This document shows, piece by piece, positions 33,606 through 45,600 of a stretch of DNA of 64,000 nt; within the stretch, counting starts at the first letter, position 1, and every line of letters starts with the position of its first letter. The position numbers and the translations under genes were made by a program. Source of the DNA: Craspedostauros australis (taxonomy: Eukaryota); assembly GCA_030167865.1 (NCBI GenBank), contig JALAGF010001633.1:1-64000 (forward strand). The letters are read 5' to 3'. The notes beneath the pieces are model-generated. The model saw only the letters and a program-made list of their open reading frames with translations, had not been told where the DNA came from and made no database searches.

Positions 33606-34313
33606 TCATTTGAGCTCCACATCCATCGGCGTGTCATTGACCACTATGCCATTGTTATCACAGGCCACGAAATCACCAGGGCGGATCGTGACGCCCGCGA
33701 AGGTGACCGGCACATCGACCTGCCCCTCATCGCGCTTGATCGTCTTGATGGGATGCGTCCCCAACGCCTGCACCCCCAGATCTTGCAGGGCACCGATCTC
33801 ATCGACATCGCGGATGGATCCGTACAGCACCAATCCCGACCACCCATGCTGCATGGCATCCAGCGCCACCTGGTCACCCAACAAGGCGCGGCGACGCGAA
33901 CCACCTCCATCGACGACGATGACGCGGCCGTTGCCTTGCGTCTTGGCGAGTTGCTTGATCTTGGAATTGTCCTCGTGGCATTTGACCGTGACGGCCGTGC
34001 CGCTGAAGCGCTGCTTGCCGCCGTAGTTGCGAAAGATCGGGTCGAGGACGCGGATGGTATCTTCGTACTCATCGCAGAGGTCGGGTGTGGATTTGTGATC
34101 GAACGATGGCATGACGGAAGCGGGTGACGACGACGAACCTGTGGCCGAGAAGAATCTGGATGCTGTGAATGTTGTTGGCACTTGCACCTTCTTGAATGTC
34201 AGCGCGCGATCGAGGCTTCGCAATGTCAGGGCACGGAACGTTGTAGCTGTTGCTGATGCTCCTCTGATGGCTGACATCCTTGACACCATTCCTGTCAAGG
34301 CTGCTGCTGTCAT
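33606..34313 (-). CDS. rraA: RraA-like protein (regulator of RNase activity / HMG aldolase family), probably mitochondrial
   Basis: STPDLCDEY, F.NYGG...FSG...TVKCHEDN, GRVIVVDGGGS.RRALLGD, GWSG.V.YG.IRDV and GV.I.PGDFV..D.NGIVV are family motifs. An Arg/Ser/Thr-rich N-terminal presequence with only one acidic residue ends SRFFS. The start codon is a choice (ATG 34313) and is uncertain. Confidence 0.92.
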   Translation of the reverse strand: MTAAALTGMVSRMSAIRGASATATTFRALTLRSLDRALTFKKVQVPTTFTASRFFSATGSSSSPASVMPSFDHKSTPDLCDEYEDTIRVLDPIFRNYGGKQRFSGTAVTVKCHEDNSKIKQLAKTQGNGRVIVVDGGGSRRRALLGDQVALDAMQHGWSGLVLYGSIRDVDEIGALQDLGVQALGTHPIKTIKRDEGQVDVPVTFAGVTIRPGDFVACDNNGIVVNDTPMDVELK

Positions 34314-35492
34314 GCCTGCTACATCTACAAGTACAGGCACCGACGTCTTGCGCTTCTCTTTGATCTGACGCCGTCGCTGCTGCTGCTGCAGCTGCTGTTG
34401 GTGCGAGTGAGCAAAGAGAGCAGAGTAGGTTGTATAATGTAATACTATGTTTAAAACCATACACCTTTGTGCCATTGCGGTGATCGTAGACAGAAGCATC
34501 CATGATGTCAAGGCCGCATCCGCAACACACACAAATCAACGGGAAGAACCCTTTCTGCGCACACACAAGAGTGGCGCGAAAATCATTCGTGGATTCTCGT
34601 GTGGTCGAACGAGTCGACAAGATCTCCTCGTTTGTGGGTTTTGGGAATTCGCCCGAATACGGCCGTTGAGCAGCGTGGATACACACTATCGACCACGCTG
34701 TATCGCGTTCCATCGTGTTTTTTCGCGTGTTGTGTTGGTTGGAGTTGTTGGGAGAAGACTCTGTGTGTGTGTGCGGATCGTGGGAACACATGCGGGCGGC
34801 CTCATGGCTGTCGTGTCACGGTGGAGGTTGTTTTCGCGAACATGCTCATTCTCGTCTCGCTTCGCCTTGCCTCATCATCTTTGGTGTCTCTCCTTCTTCG
34901 TTCCGCCGCTACTTTTAGAGGCCGCACTCCTTCTTTCATCCCGTCACATCTGGGGTTTCGTCATATTTCGCCTCTCCCATCCATGCCCACGTCCATGCAT
35001 TGAAAGCGGGAGTGGCACAGAGAGAGAAACCAGCAGGCACCCGCATCCAGAGCACTATCTATACTCGCACGGCAGAGATCAGCACAGCACAGCACAGCAC
35101 AGACAACGACCCGCCATCTTTGCAATCGCAGCGTGAAGGAGAGCAGAGGCACCAGATCGGAACCAGGTCGAAGAGCTGGATCTTGCTGGGCGTCTCCTTC
35201 ACATTCCAACCAACTAACTCACTCCGCTCTGCATTGATTTGGGAGGAACCAGATTGGATCAAGAGCGGCTTGAGTGGAGGCGAGCTGGACCCGGGCTGAA
35301 GGCAAAGCTGCGCGAGCAGAAGCAACAAATCTCCCGCCTGAGACCGGCGCTGAGCAGAGTCAGGCCAAGCCACGACTGCGCTTCCCCATAATTCTCGCGA
35401 TCGAACAAGGATAGAAGGAAGACGACAAGGCAACACAGCCAAAACAAAGCAACAAGAAGGACCAAACACAGCAGAAATCAAGCAGCAGCACC

Positions 35493-38400
35493 ATGAAGAC
35501 GCAGCTGTCCAGCCTGCTGTCGGTGGCAGAAGCATGCCGCATTCTGGGAGAGGACCAGGTGCAATTCATGATCCGTCAGCTGCTCACTCTCAAACAGCGA
35601 TCTCCACAGTTCCAGCATCATCAGCAACAGCAGCAGCGGGGCTTGGACAAGCCACCGACCGAGGAGGTGATCCGCAAAGATGCGCAGTTACTGGCGCAGG
35701 CCATGTTCTACTCGGCCAACAACAGCGCCATCGTGCGTGACACCACATCCCCATTGGCGTCGGTAGGTTCTGCCGCCGTGGCCGTGGCAGCGAAAGCCTC
35801 GGCTCTGCCCACAAAGATCCTGCCCTCTCCCAGCATCATCAACAACAGCGCGATTCAATTCCAGAACAACCGGCGAGATCCCATGGCCGCGCAGATCTCA
35901 TCGCATCAGAACCAACAGCAGCAGGTCGGCGTCCCTCCCCCGATCCGCCAGGCGTGGCAACGATTGACCAGCCGCAGGTTCATGTTCGACAAGATGGCGC
36001 TCATCAAATTCTCGGTCCCCGTCTGCGTCCAGCCGCACACGGGAGTGCACGGTCACATGGGTCTCTTCGATTGCCTCATGTATGCCATGCAGCACAAGCC
36101 AGGCACCAACAGCGCCGGCAACCCCAACAACGGCTCCATCGGCACGACGCCGGCTGCCTTCGGTCCGCCTCTCATCGCACTGCCAGACCTCATCATCGTT
36201 CTCGCCATTTGCAAACAGTACAGGGAGCTCATGGAGACCGACAACATCCGCATAACGGTATCTCAGAAGTACCCGGACTCCAGCCGGCCTCATTATCTTC
36301 CAGACACCGTCGACGAAATCATTGACGGTGGCAAGGCAAATGAAGGTGGCCCATCTGCAGCAGATGCATCAGATGCACTCGAAAATGAAACCGGCAACGC
36401 ACGGCATACGAATCAGCGAAACGGCAATCTTCCACCAAATGGAACTGTGCCCACGGTCACGGTGATCGAAAGCGACGACCCGCGCATCGAACACATGGCC
36501 CGCTGGATGTTCGTCGTCTACGATGCATTCCAAAAGAAGGGCCTCGTGTCCAGAGACACCATCCAGCGCTTCCTCAGCGACGTGCATGGCGAAGACAGCT
36601 ACAAGGGACCGACCATCCGAACCGTGCTCGATCGGGTCTTCGCCAACGCACCCTCCCTCACCAGTCGCGACTTTGTCAGATCCATCCAAGCCACGACCAA
36701 TTTGCAACCCCGCCCGTCGCACATTCTCATGGACTGGATGGCGATGCTGGCGTCCGCCTTGGAACCACCGTCGGGCGGCATTCCGGAATCAACCTTCGGC
36801 TTCCTCAAGCAGATCGATCAGGAGCTGCGTCTCCTTCCGCAGATCTGCAACGAGGTGGGACTGGCGGAAAGCCGCCTCTACGAGATCAAGCGGCGGTTCC
36901 ACTCCCTCGTCGAAGCCGGCAGCAACATCATCCAGGGCGACCCCATGAGCGAGGAGGCCGAGGAGGAGCCGGCAGACACGAGCACGGACGTGGTGCAGGA
37001 GGCCAGCATGGGACGCAGAAAGCCGCAGTCGACGTCGCAAATGCCGAAGCACGTCATCAGCAAGGGAGCATTCTGCAGGGCCATATGTCCGCAGAATGAC
37101 GAATTGGGACACGGAGGATACCTCCCGCAGATGGTGGCATTGCAGGTCTTTTCCAGCGTCGCGACCGCAGATCAGTACTGGGACTTGACTCATGTCTTGC
37201 GCTTCGGTGGCGCGGCTGTGCGATCCGACGACAAGACCACAGTGCAATGGATCGTCCGCATGGTCGGCGACGGAAGGTCCGTGCTCAACCGGCAGAGCCT
37301 CTGCCAACTCATGCTGTGCCTGTGCGAGCATCACGAGTTCCGAACCAAGTCCGATGCACCCAAAGATTCACGCGTGTTCCTGCCACGTCCGAGTCGGGTG
37401 GAACGGCGCCGCAGCGTGTTTGAGCCTGTCATCCAAGCCACGGAGGAAACCCTCGTGAAGCGTTCCACAGCGATGGCTCTTGGCTTGCTGCCCAATCAGC
37501 CGGGTGACGATGACAGTCGGACCGACGTTGACGGCATGGCACAACTTAGTGTCGGCGTTCTTGTGGATGAAGTGTTCCGTGCAGTCGCCACGAAGGGCGA
37601 GGGCAACGCAGAGGAAAAGGCGAATGACAGTCAGACGAGTGCGACGACCATGAGCATCGACGAACTGTTGGATTGGCACTGCGCAGAAACCGCCACTCCG
37701 AAGGATCGACGGCGGCTTGGTCCTCTCATGACAGAGCTGCGCCTCATTGCCAGCGTCCTGTTCGGCGTTCCGCCACGGTTGGCCAGCTTGGAGCACGCTG
37801 TGGTTGCAGAATTGACGCGTCGGCACAAGACGAGGTACCCGCAGAACACCGTCAGCCGCCGAGGACCGAAGGGCACCGTGTGGTACCTCATCGATGATGT
37901 GTGGTACAAGGCATGGAACGGGCTGATCAAGCGCGTGTCCTTCGCAGCCGACGACGGCATCGATTTCCGTGACAAACCAGCCGGCGAAGGCAACCCGCGC
38001 CATTTCGGTCCAATCAACAACACGAAGCTGTTGCGGGATAATGGAAGCCTCGCCTTGCGTGCCGACATCAACTGGAGGCATGACTACGAGATCCTGCCGC
38101 CGTTGGTTTGGTCGGCGTTGCAGGCATGGTACGATGGCGGTCCGCCAATCCATCGAACTGTCGTGCCCAACAGCCAACCTGGCAACGCCAACGTGCATTC
38201 CAAAGGTGCCAGTTCCAGAGTGCGAACGGAGAACGAAATTGAACTCTATCCGCTCTTCGTGAGTGTCTTCATGTGCGATGCCACGTCCCGTGGCGAGGCT
38301 CGGCCGTTCCAGCAGCTAATTCCCATCAGCAGAGTGACGCCAGTCCGCGTGCTGCTGCTGCAGCTGTGCAAAGGGTTGGACATCGATCCGGACCTGGGTC

Positions 38401-41400
38401 GCCTGTGGGTGATGGAGAACAACAAGAATACCCGCGGGTCCTCCGCGGGATCGTTGCTCTCTGCGTCAGCGGCATCGATGATAGAAGATGAGACCGCCGC
38501 CAAGGAGAACATGGACTGGTTGCTTCAGCTCGATCGGGCGATCGTCCAGCAACGTCACCAGCACAGCAACATGCCGCTGACCGACAAGCAGATGGCGACC
38601 CTCACGCTGCTCCTCGAAGTCAAGGACGAGGACAGCGGCAAGTGGCCGCGTGGCATCAATGGGACCCAATGGGAGTTCAAGGATAAGAAGGAAACGCAGC
38701 CGGAGCTCGGAGATGGCATCGTGGGACTATACAACATGGGCAACACATGCTACCTCAATGCCTCCATCCAATGCCTCAGCCACACTCCCATCTTCCGCGA
38801 CTACTTCAACGCCAAGTGTCATCTCAACGATATCAACAAGTCCAACCCGTTGGGACACAAGGGCCAGCTAGCGCAAGTCAGCGCCGTGCTGATCAACTCC
38901 TTGTGGAAGCGATTCAACCAGCAACCTCAGCACATACCGAAGCGCATCATCGCTCCGGGTTCCTTCGCCATCATCAACGCTCCGGCTCTCACGCCGAAGA
39001 CCTTCAAGGAGTCGTTGGGCCACTTCAGCGAGCACTTTTCCGGTAACGAGCAGCACGACGCTCAGGAGTTATTGGCCTTCATCCTGGGTGGTCTGTCAGA
39101 GGATCTAAACCGCATCGTGGACAAGCCGTACATCGAAGCGCCGGACTCTGACGGTCGTCCCGACAGCGAACTCGCGGACATCTGGTGGTCCAACCACCTG
39201 AAGCGTGAGATGTCCATCATCGTAGCCTTGTTCACTGGACAGTACAAGAGCTTGCTCACCTGCCGGACCTGCAAGTACGAAAGCGCGCGCTTCGAACCGT
39301 ACTCCTTCCTGCAGTTGCCACTGCCGGAAGATGACCACATCTCGGTGTCCTTGATTCTTTATCCAATTCGTGACGGCGCCGAGGTCATGCGGTACGCTCT
39401 GCGCGTCAAGAACAATGGTAAGCTCCACGATGTCCTGATCGCCTTGGCCCGAATCTTGCATACCGATGAACTTGCAGAGGCGACCGGCAACAACAACAAC
39501 GACGACGCTATCGTAAGCATCAATGTGAATGGCAACGAGAATGGTGCTGCCGATACGACCGACAACGGCGACGAGCTACAAAGCACTACGATGACGGAGG
39601 CTCAGAAGAAGGAATTGGAGCAGTTGTGTCATGAGCGCGCAAAGAATATGGCGGTCGTCGACATGATGGAAGGATACATCTTCAAGATTGCACCAAACTC
39701 ATGGGCCTTGTCCGATCTCCAAAACAAGGACACGGGCGAGCTACCTTTGTTGCATGTGTACGAATTGGATCCACCATTGCGAGAAAATGCAAGCAAATCC
39801 GCAACTGAAGCGACAGCCAACAGCAGCAGCACCGCCACCACAGCAGCAACGACGACGACGACGACGACTGTGGATGCGACCGTCAAGGAGGCCGTCTCCA
39901 ATACCCGAGTCAAAGAAGATGATGATGATGATGTAGCACCGCGTGAAGACAAGGTAGACGTGGACGATCACAAGAATCAAGATACAAAGGATGCTGTCGA
40001 TGACATCAATAACGATGTCGATGTCAATGGCACTACCAACGAGAACTACAAAGACAATGGCAATGATAGTGCCAGCGACAGCGACACTGGAAGTGATGAC
40101 GACGATGAACCCCCGATCAACAAGGAGATATTCTTGGCGGTCGCACAGCGTCGTTCCGAAGAAGTTGCTCGTCATTTGCTCCATCCTCTAGCCCACCGTG
40201 TGTTCGGCACGCCGATGTTGCTCCGCATTCCCACACCCTGCGGGATCACGGGTTCCGAGTTGTACGACTTCATTGCGAAACGATTGCGCAACTTCGTCCC
40301 CAAGAACGCCCTCAAGTTTTTGACCAACGACCGCCAACAATCCACATCATTAGCAGCATCGTCAATGATTCCGATAGCCGCCGAACCTGACGGGACGAAC
40401 GTTGTTCCGGTGGATACTGCGGGTACGGGAAACGAAGACGCCAACGATGCTACTACCAAATACAAGGCCGCTGTCGCTGTCGCTGATGGCAAGACTGGCA
40501 AAAGCGCACCCAACGGCACGCGTCGACGTTTGCAGAAGACAATGACTGACATGGAGTCAGTCGCTGCCGGCGACGTGCCACGGTATGGCTTCCGACTGCG
40601 AATCACAAGCCGTGACGGCAAGCGGTGTGCTCTTTGCCCATGGTACGAGTGCTGCATCGGCTGCTTGGTGCCAGACGACGGCAGACCCACAGTGGTGACC
40701 AACGGTGACAGCGTGGTCATCGACTGGCACCTGGCTGTGGACTTGGCAACCTCCGGCTTCGGAACCCGCCGCAGCCAGATCGACCAAGTCTCTTCGCAGA
40801 CCATGCAGGCGAGATCTAGATTCAACGTGCCCGTGAAGAACCACCCATCCTGCGGTGTCGGTTCCAAACGACGTGGATACGCCAACGCAATCACGCTGGA
40901 GGATTGCTTGGATCAGTTCGCCAAGGAGGAGAAGATCCCTGAGGCATATTGCTCGTGCTGCAAGGAGTTCCGTGTCCAAACGAAGACCATGAGTCTATGG
41001 AGACTGCCACCCATCGTCATCATTCAGCTGAAACGATTCCAATTCACGCAACACATGCGCCGAAAGCTTCGTGACTTCGTCGCTTTTCCGGTAGAAGGCC
41101 TGGATCTGTCGCGAATCATCTCGCCAGATTCCCACACCAACGTCGCTGGGAAGACCAACTTGAGTGCAGCAGACAAGGGCGTTGGCGCCGACGCGACGAA
41201 ACCAACAGCGTCATCATCGTCTTTTTCAGCCGCACGTGTGGAAACTGTTGATGAGGTCGCATCTGAGACAAATGGAAACGATGGTGGGCCCACGGATGGC
41301 GTTAACGACAGATCAGATGACAGCACAGATGGAGAAGCGGAAATTCCGGAAGGCACCAGTCCGCTGGCTCCCGAAACCGGTCGATCAGAGATGCTGTACG

Positions 41401-41699
41401 ATCTGTACGGCGTGGTCCATCACCAAGGTGCCCTCTCCGGTGGCCATTACGTCGCCTCTCTCAAGTCCGAAGTGGACGGTCAATGGCGGCTGTTCAACGA
41501 CGCTCAGATCTTCGAGATCCACGAGAGCGACGTGGTGGATTCATCGGCGTACATCCTGTTCTACATACGACGGGATGTGAAGACCGCCAACCTTTCAGAC
41601 TTTTGGGACACGAGGCTGCGCGAAGACGGCGAGGGCATCTCCGAGGAAGACGCTGACAAACTCATGCGCGGGCGCTCGGATCGGTGTGTTATTAGTTAA
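35493..41699 (+). CDS. USP32: Ubiquitin-specific protease, USP32-like (EF-hand-like region + DUSP + split USP catalytic domain + CaaX)
   Basis: Cys box GLYNMGNTCYLNASIQCLSHT, QHDAQE and His box YGVVHHQGALSGGHYVA...FND are present. So are the DUSP motif (WYLIDDVW...GPINNTKL...ALQAWYDGGP), an EF-hand-like FVVYD...G.VSRD, the USP32-type CALCPWYECCIGC, and a terminal CVIS. Confidence 0.9.
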   Translation: MKTQLSSLLSVAEACRILGEDQVQFMIRQLLTLKQRSPQFQHHQQQQQRGLDKPPTEEVIRKDAQLLAQAMFYSANNSAIVRDTTSPLASVGSAAVAVAAKASALPTKILPSPSIINNSAIQFQNNRRDPMAAQISSHQNQQQQVGVPPPIRQAWQRLTSRRFMFDKMALIKFSVPVCVQPHTGVHGHMGLFDCLMYAMQHKPGTNSAGNPNNGSIGTTPAAFGPPLIALPDLIIVLAICKQYRELMETDNIRITVSQKYPDSSRPHYLPDTVDEIIDGGKANEGGPSAADASDALENETGNARHTNQRNGNLPPNGTVPTVTVIESDDPRIEHMARWMFVVYDAFQKKGLVSRDTIQRFLSDVHGEDSYKGPTIRTVLDRVFANAPSLTSRDFVRSIQATTNLQPRPSHILMDWMAMLASALEPPSGGIPESTFGFLKQIDQELRLLPQICNEVGLAESRLYEIKRRFHSLVEAGSNIIQGDPMSEEAEEEPADTSTDVVQEASMGRRKPQSTSQMPKHVISKGAFCRAICPQNDELGHGGYLPQMVALQVFSSVATADQYWDLTHVLRFGGAAVRSDDKTTVQWIVRMVGDGRSVLNRQSLCQLMLCLCEHHEFRTKSDAPKDSRVFLPRPSRVERRRSVFEPVIQATEETLVKRSTAMALGLLPNQPGDDDSRTDVDGMAQLSVGVLVDEVFRAVATKGEGNAEEKANDSQTSATTMSIDELLDWHCAETATPKDRRRLGPLMTELRLIASVLFGVPPRLASLEHAVVAELTRRHKTRYPQNTVSRRGPKGTVWYLIDDVWYKAWNGLIKRVSFAADDGIDFRDKPAGEGNPRHFGPINNTKLLRDNGSLALRADINWRHDYEILPPLVWSALQAWYDGGPPIHRTVVPNSQPGNANVHSKGASSRVRTENEIELYPLFVSVFMCDATSRGEARPFQQLIPISRVTPVRVLLLQLCKGLDIDPDLGRLWVMENNKNTRGSSAGSLLSASAASMIEDETAAKENMDWLLQLDRAIVQQRHQHSNMPLTDKQMATLTLLLEVKDEDSGKWPRGINGTQWEFKDKKETQPELGDGIVGLYNMGNTCYLNASIQCLSHTPIFRDYFNAKCHLNDINKSNPLGHKGQLAQVSAVLINSLWKRFNQQPQHIPKRIIAPGSFAIINAPALTPKTFKESLGHFSEHFSGNEQHDAQELLAFILGGLSEDLNRIVDKPYIEAPDSDGRPDSELADIWWSNHLKREMSIIVALFTGQYKSLLTCRTCKYESARFEPYSFLQLPLPEDDHISVSLILYPIRDGAEVMRYALRVKNNGKLHDVLIALARILHTDELAEATGNNNNDDAIVSINVNGNENGAADTTDNGDELQSTTMTEAQKKELEQLCHERAKNMAVVDMMEGYIFKIAPNSWALSDLQNKDTGELPLLHVYELDPPLRENASKSATEATANSSSTATTAATTTTTTTVDATVKEAVSNTRVKEDDDDDVAPREDKVDVDDHKNQDTKDAVDDINNDVDVNGTTNENYKDNGNDSASDSDTGSDDDDEPPINKEIFLAVAQRRSEEVARHLLHPLAHRVFGTPMLLRIPTPCGITGSELYDFIAKRLRNFVPKNALKFLTNDRQQSTSLAASSMIPIAAEPDGTNVVPVDTAGTGNEDANDATTKYKAAVAVADGKTGKSAPNGTRRRLQKTMTDMESVAAGDVPRYGFRLRITSRDGKRCALCPWYECCIGCLVPDDGRPTVVTNGDSVVIDWHLAVDLATSGFGTRRSQIDQVSSQTMQARSRFNVPVKNHPSCGVGSKRRGYANAITLEDCLDQFAKEEKIPEAYCSCCKEFRVQTKTMSLWRLPPIVIIQLKRFQFTQHMRRKLRDFVAFPVEGLDLSRIISPDSHTNVAGKTNLSAADKGVGADATKPTASSSSFSAARVETVDEVASETNGNDGGPTDGVNDRSDDSTDGEAEIPEGTSPLAPETGRSEMLYDLYGVVHHQGALSGGHYVASLKSEVDGQWRLFNDAQIFEIHESDVVDSSAYILFYIRRDVKTANLSDFWDTRLREDGEGISEEDADKLMRGRSDRCVIS

Positions 41700-42681
41700 A
41701 CTCTTTCACTCTTGCAACTGTTGCGAACGAATCACTCTCTGAGCTTCGGCTTTGCATGGTACCAGAACAATTGAAGTGTACTCTGTTGATCGACACCATA
41801 CTCGTACATGCATCCGACTCTGGAAGTTTGCCATCGATCGCCCATGTGCTGTTCTGCCCCTCCGTGCTCTATCAAAATAACACAGTCAGAAGACACCCCG
41901 GAAGAATGCACAGTGATCCGATTCGCAAACCTGCCGCACCCCGGATGATAGCGTTATCGGTGTGGGCCTGTTCCTGATGTCCATGGAGGCAACGTGCTTG
42001 AGTATCCTGTGCACGGAGACGACCGGCAACGAAGTGTCTGCCTACCGGTATCAACTGCATGACAGTCCGAAAGGCAAAAATAGTACAACCGTCTTCACAA
42101 GAGGCTGCGTCGTCTTGCCCTTGCCCACATTGGAGTCTAAACTGCGGAGAGGGCATGTGCTGCCCCACGACCTCTTCTTGCGAGTAGATCATGTCAAACC
42201 ATGGCCCGAGCTTGCCCATGGAATGATGTGATACCATCCATTAATTAGTGAAGAGAGCAGCACATGTAAAACTATTGTCCCCACCCCTTGCTGTCTTTGC
42301 CTATGTATTCGTGTGATGACGTCTCATCAACACGATATTGAATGGGTGGATATCGTGTAGAGTGTTACTTATCTGTACCATGCCAAGTAGAATTAGAATG
42401 CGTACCATTGAGCCCACGCCACTGCGAGCGATGACACGAATACTCGTACGCTGAGGTATTTCCAACGAAGAACGGTACTCATAGTCGTATGTATGTAGAT
42501 TGCTCATGATATGTTGTTTGGGCACATGGTCAGAGTGTGTGCAGAATGGTGGCAAACTCCTCCTAGTCGTCCTCTCACATCTACAGCTTTGGTGACAAGA
42601 ACGCGGTAGAGGTGCACATTTCAGCAACGTCGCCACCATTGCTGTGCTCTTCTGCTCATAGGTACGTATGATACGTGTGAA

Positions 42682-45600
42682 TTAATGATATGATCGCGGA
42701 GACAAGGTGTCGTCCTGTCGTTGCGTGAACCAGCTCCGAGCGTTGTTCTTCCATTCTCCGTTGCGAGAGATGAGGACGGACACAGGATTCTCCCAATCGT
42801 GAAGGAAGAGCATGGCCCCCCAGACCACCAGCATGATGGCGAGCGAAGCACAGAGCATGACCGAGGAAAAGCCACTTCGTTTCTCGCGAATGCCCTCCAT
42901 CACAGCGACGCGGCCGAAGAGGTATCCCCAAAAGCACGTTGCCGAAAGGCAAAAGAAGGTGGCCCAGGACTCCATCGCTGACGCCGAGATAGTGCCAGCA
43001 CCGCCCAAAATGAGGCTTACCGATGTCACGACGAATTCCGCCAAGAACAGCACGCCGCCGGAGCTTCCCACCAGCTGCCCGACGAGAAAAGCCAAGATCA
43101 CGACGTTCACAAGATTCATGGACTTCAAGATGGATCGTGTGTTGTTGGCGCCGGTGGATTCCCGACAAGTCTCCATGGTTTGCAGCGACATGCTGAGTCC
43201 GAAGCTTATGCTTCCCGAGAAGACCGTCAGGAGGTTGAGTAGGAAATGCGGAGTTGTGGATGAGAAACTGCCTATCGTCACCAGCGCACCCATCGCCAGC
43301 TTCTTGAAGTTCGATGCGTCACCCGTGTTGATGACTCGATGCCCCAAGGATATGAATCCGCGCCCGTTCTCCGCCTTGAAGGACAGCGACAGAGACACCG
43401 CGTCTGGATCATTGCGACTTCGCCAGTATGCGACGTGCTTCTTGAGTTCGTTCTGGCTGCGTCGATTCCATTGCGGCGTGAAGGTCAAGCGTTGGAGGAA
43501 TAGCGGACACAAGGCGTCCCACTGTCGATGGATGGCATGTAGGATGTACGACTCGATCCTGTGTACGGATCTACGGTGTTGTTGTTGCTGCTGTTGCTGC
43601 TGTTGAGAGCGTGTTTGTCGTTGCTGCGCTGAAGCGTTCGAATCGTGATCGATGTGCTCCAGCATGGCACGGAAGTAATCGCGGCTGGTGTGCCGCTCGA
43701 TCCACCTCCCGAGCACAAGCCAGCCAACGGCAAGGATCAACGCGCAATGCAGGCACTCTTGCTGCGATAGGAACCGCATCTTCGTTTCCACGACGAAAGG
43801 CAATCCCTCCAGAGGATAATCCAATGGTACAGTCGGGATGACCTCGATATATCGCCCCAGGAGAGTCCAAAACAGCGGCAGCATCATCAATGATATGCTC
43901 AACCACTGGGCACCGATCAGGATTCGACGATCCACGTACACAGCAGACGCACCGTGATTCTCATCCACCGTCCATCCCAAATGTGCTGACAGTATCCACA
44001 GCAAATTCAACGCACGTGGACCACGTCCATGGATCTGCGCTGGCGGTGGATGGTTGGGGTTTTGATCATTGAGACGACGCCGTTGTTGGAGAAGATTGGT
44101 GCCATCGCGGGTGCCGTGGCGGAGCCGGCTTGGGTCCAACAAAAACGGCTGTCTGTCACTTGGTGTCTCGCGGTTGTTGCGGTCGTTACGCTTGGATGCA
44201 CGTGGCAACCTGACCTGAATCAGCTTGGTCTTGTACCGTTCCATCTGCGTCAATTCGCCGACTTGAAAACGTTCGACAATCTTTGATGGGAACGACGATA
44301 GTGCAAACCGCCCCGATCCTGGCGGTGGGATGTTCATGACGTATCTATCGTGCGAAAAGACAAATCGTCTTGTCGGTCCCGGGGGTAACTGCAACGATTC
44401 GCTGCGGGGATAGACGAACAGTCGGTCCAACGCCAGCATCATTGAAAGATCGAGAGTGTTTTGGAACTCGTAATACACCATGGTCTCGTTAGACACGATG
44501 GGACGCTTCAAATCCCAATGGAAGTGGATCTTGCCGTTTGCAGGAATATGAACATCCATTGACAAGATCTTCGAGACGATCGGCCGGCGAAAGATCGTGC
44601 CTGGATACGGGATGCGGTCGTAGATGCCATGTGCCAGCAACGACCGTGGATCCTGCAAGATGCACAGCGCCGACTGCATCGCCGAAACGGGATCATCCAT
44701 GAAGATGTCTGTGATGATGCCCTTTTGTCGTCGCGCGAAACGATTGGTCTTGTCGAATGTCTGCAAATGATTGGGATCTTCTTGCGGACCCAGGCAGAAA
44801 CGTCCTGGGCTATGTGCCAAGTTCGCAAATGCTTCCAAGTACTTTGGTTCGTGCTTCCACTGTTGTTGCGGCTGCACCTCTGGTGAGGTTGATGCTACCG
44901 CTGCGATGGAATTCGTGCACAAAGGTGACCCATACACGCCCGCATGCCTCCAAGGAACGACTTCTGAGTGAACTTCGTTGTCCCCACGTAGCAGCGGCGA
45001 GTGATTGTCACCATCACCAGCAGCAGCAATGCTGTTGTCACTGCCCTTTGTGCTGTTGATTCGTTGGTACATCTCATCCGCAACGGTCTCCCATTGAAGC
45101 AGCACTCCACGTTGCTGGACTGTTAGCCATGGTGCGCCACGGTGGTTAACCAGCGTGTTGGTGATTTGGAACAAGACTTGACGCACCGAATCGACGGATT
45201 CGCGATGCCCACTCATGTTGATACATCGCTTTGAGAGATGCAGGAGCACTTGATGCAAGCGCCGAAACTGGGAATCTCGTGCGATCTTCTCATCATGACA
45301 GTCCAACATTCGCAGCACGTAGGCCTGCCCAATCTCCTCCATCCGCTGTCCCCATCGATGGTGGCAGTGCAGACATTTGAGTTCGGTGCGATAGCTTTCG
45401 CCACGGCTTGATTGTTCCATTTCCAGTGTCATGTTGTTCAGCTGCTTGAAGATCGATGGAAAATGCTCCATCAGTTGCGGTGCAGAATGGACGACAGTGC
45501 GATCAGCGGCGTCATGGACTGCGAATGGGACCATCGTCTTGCTCTGGAATGTTGAAAGGGGGTAGTTGGCGTTGACATGAGCCGATAGGGGTATGGTTCT

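Noticed and set aside
41962-42231. Small ORF with AYRYQL...HDLFLRVDHVKPW resembling a Ty3/gypsy integrase C-terminus
   Set aside because: The spacing between the motifs is much too long, and there are no RT, integrase core or LTR remnants nearby.
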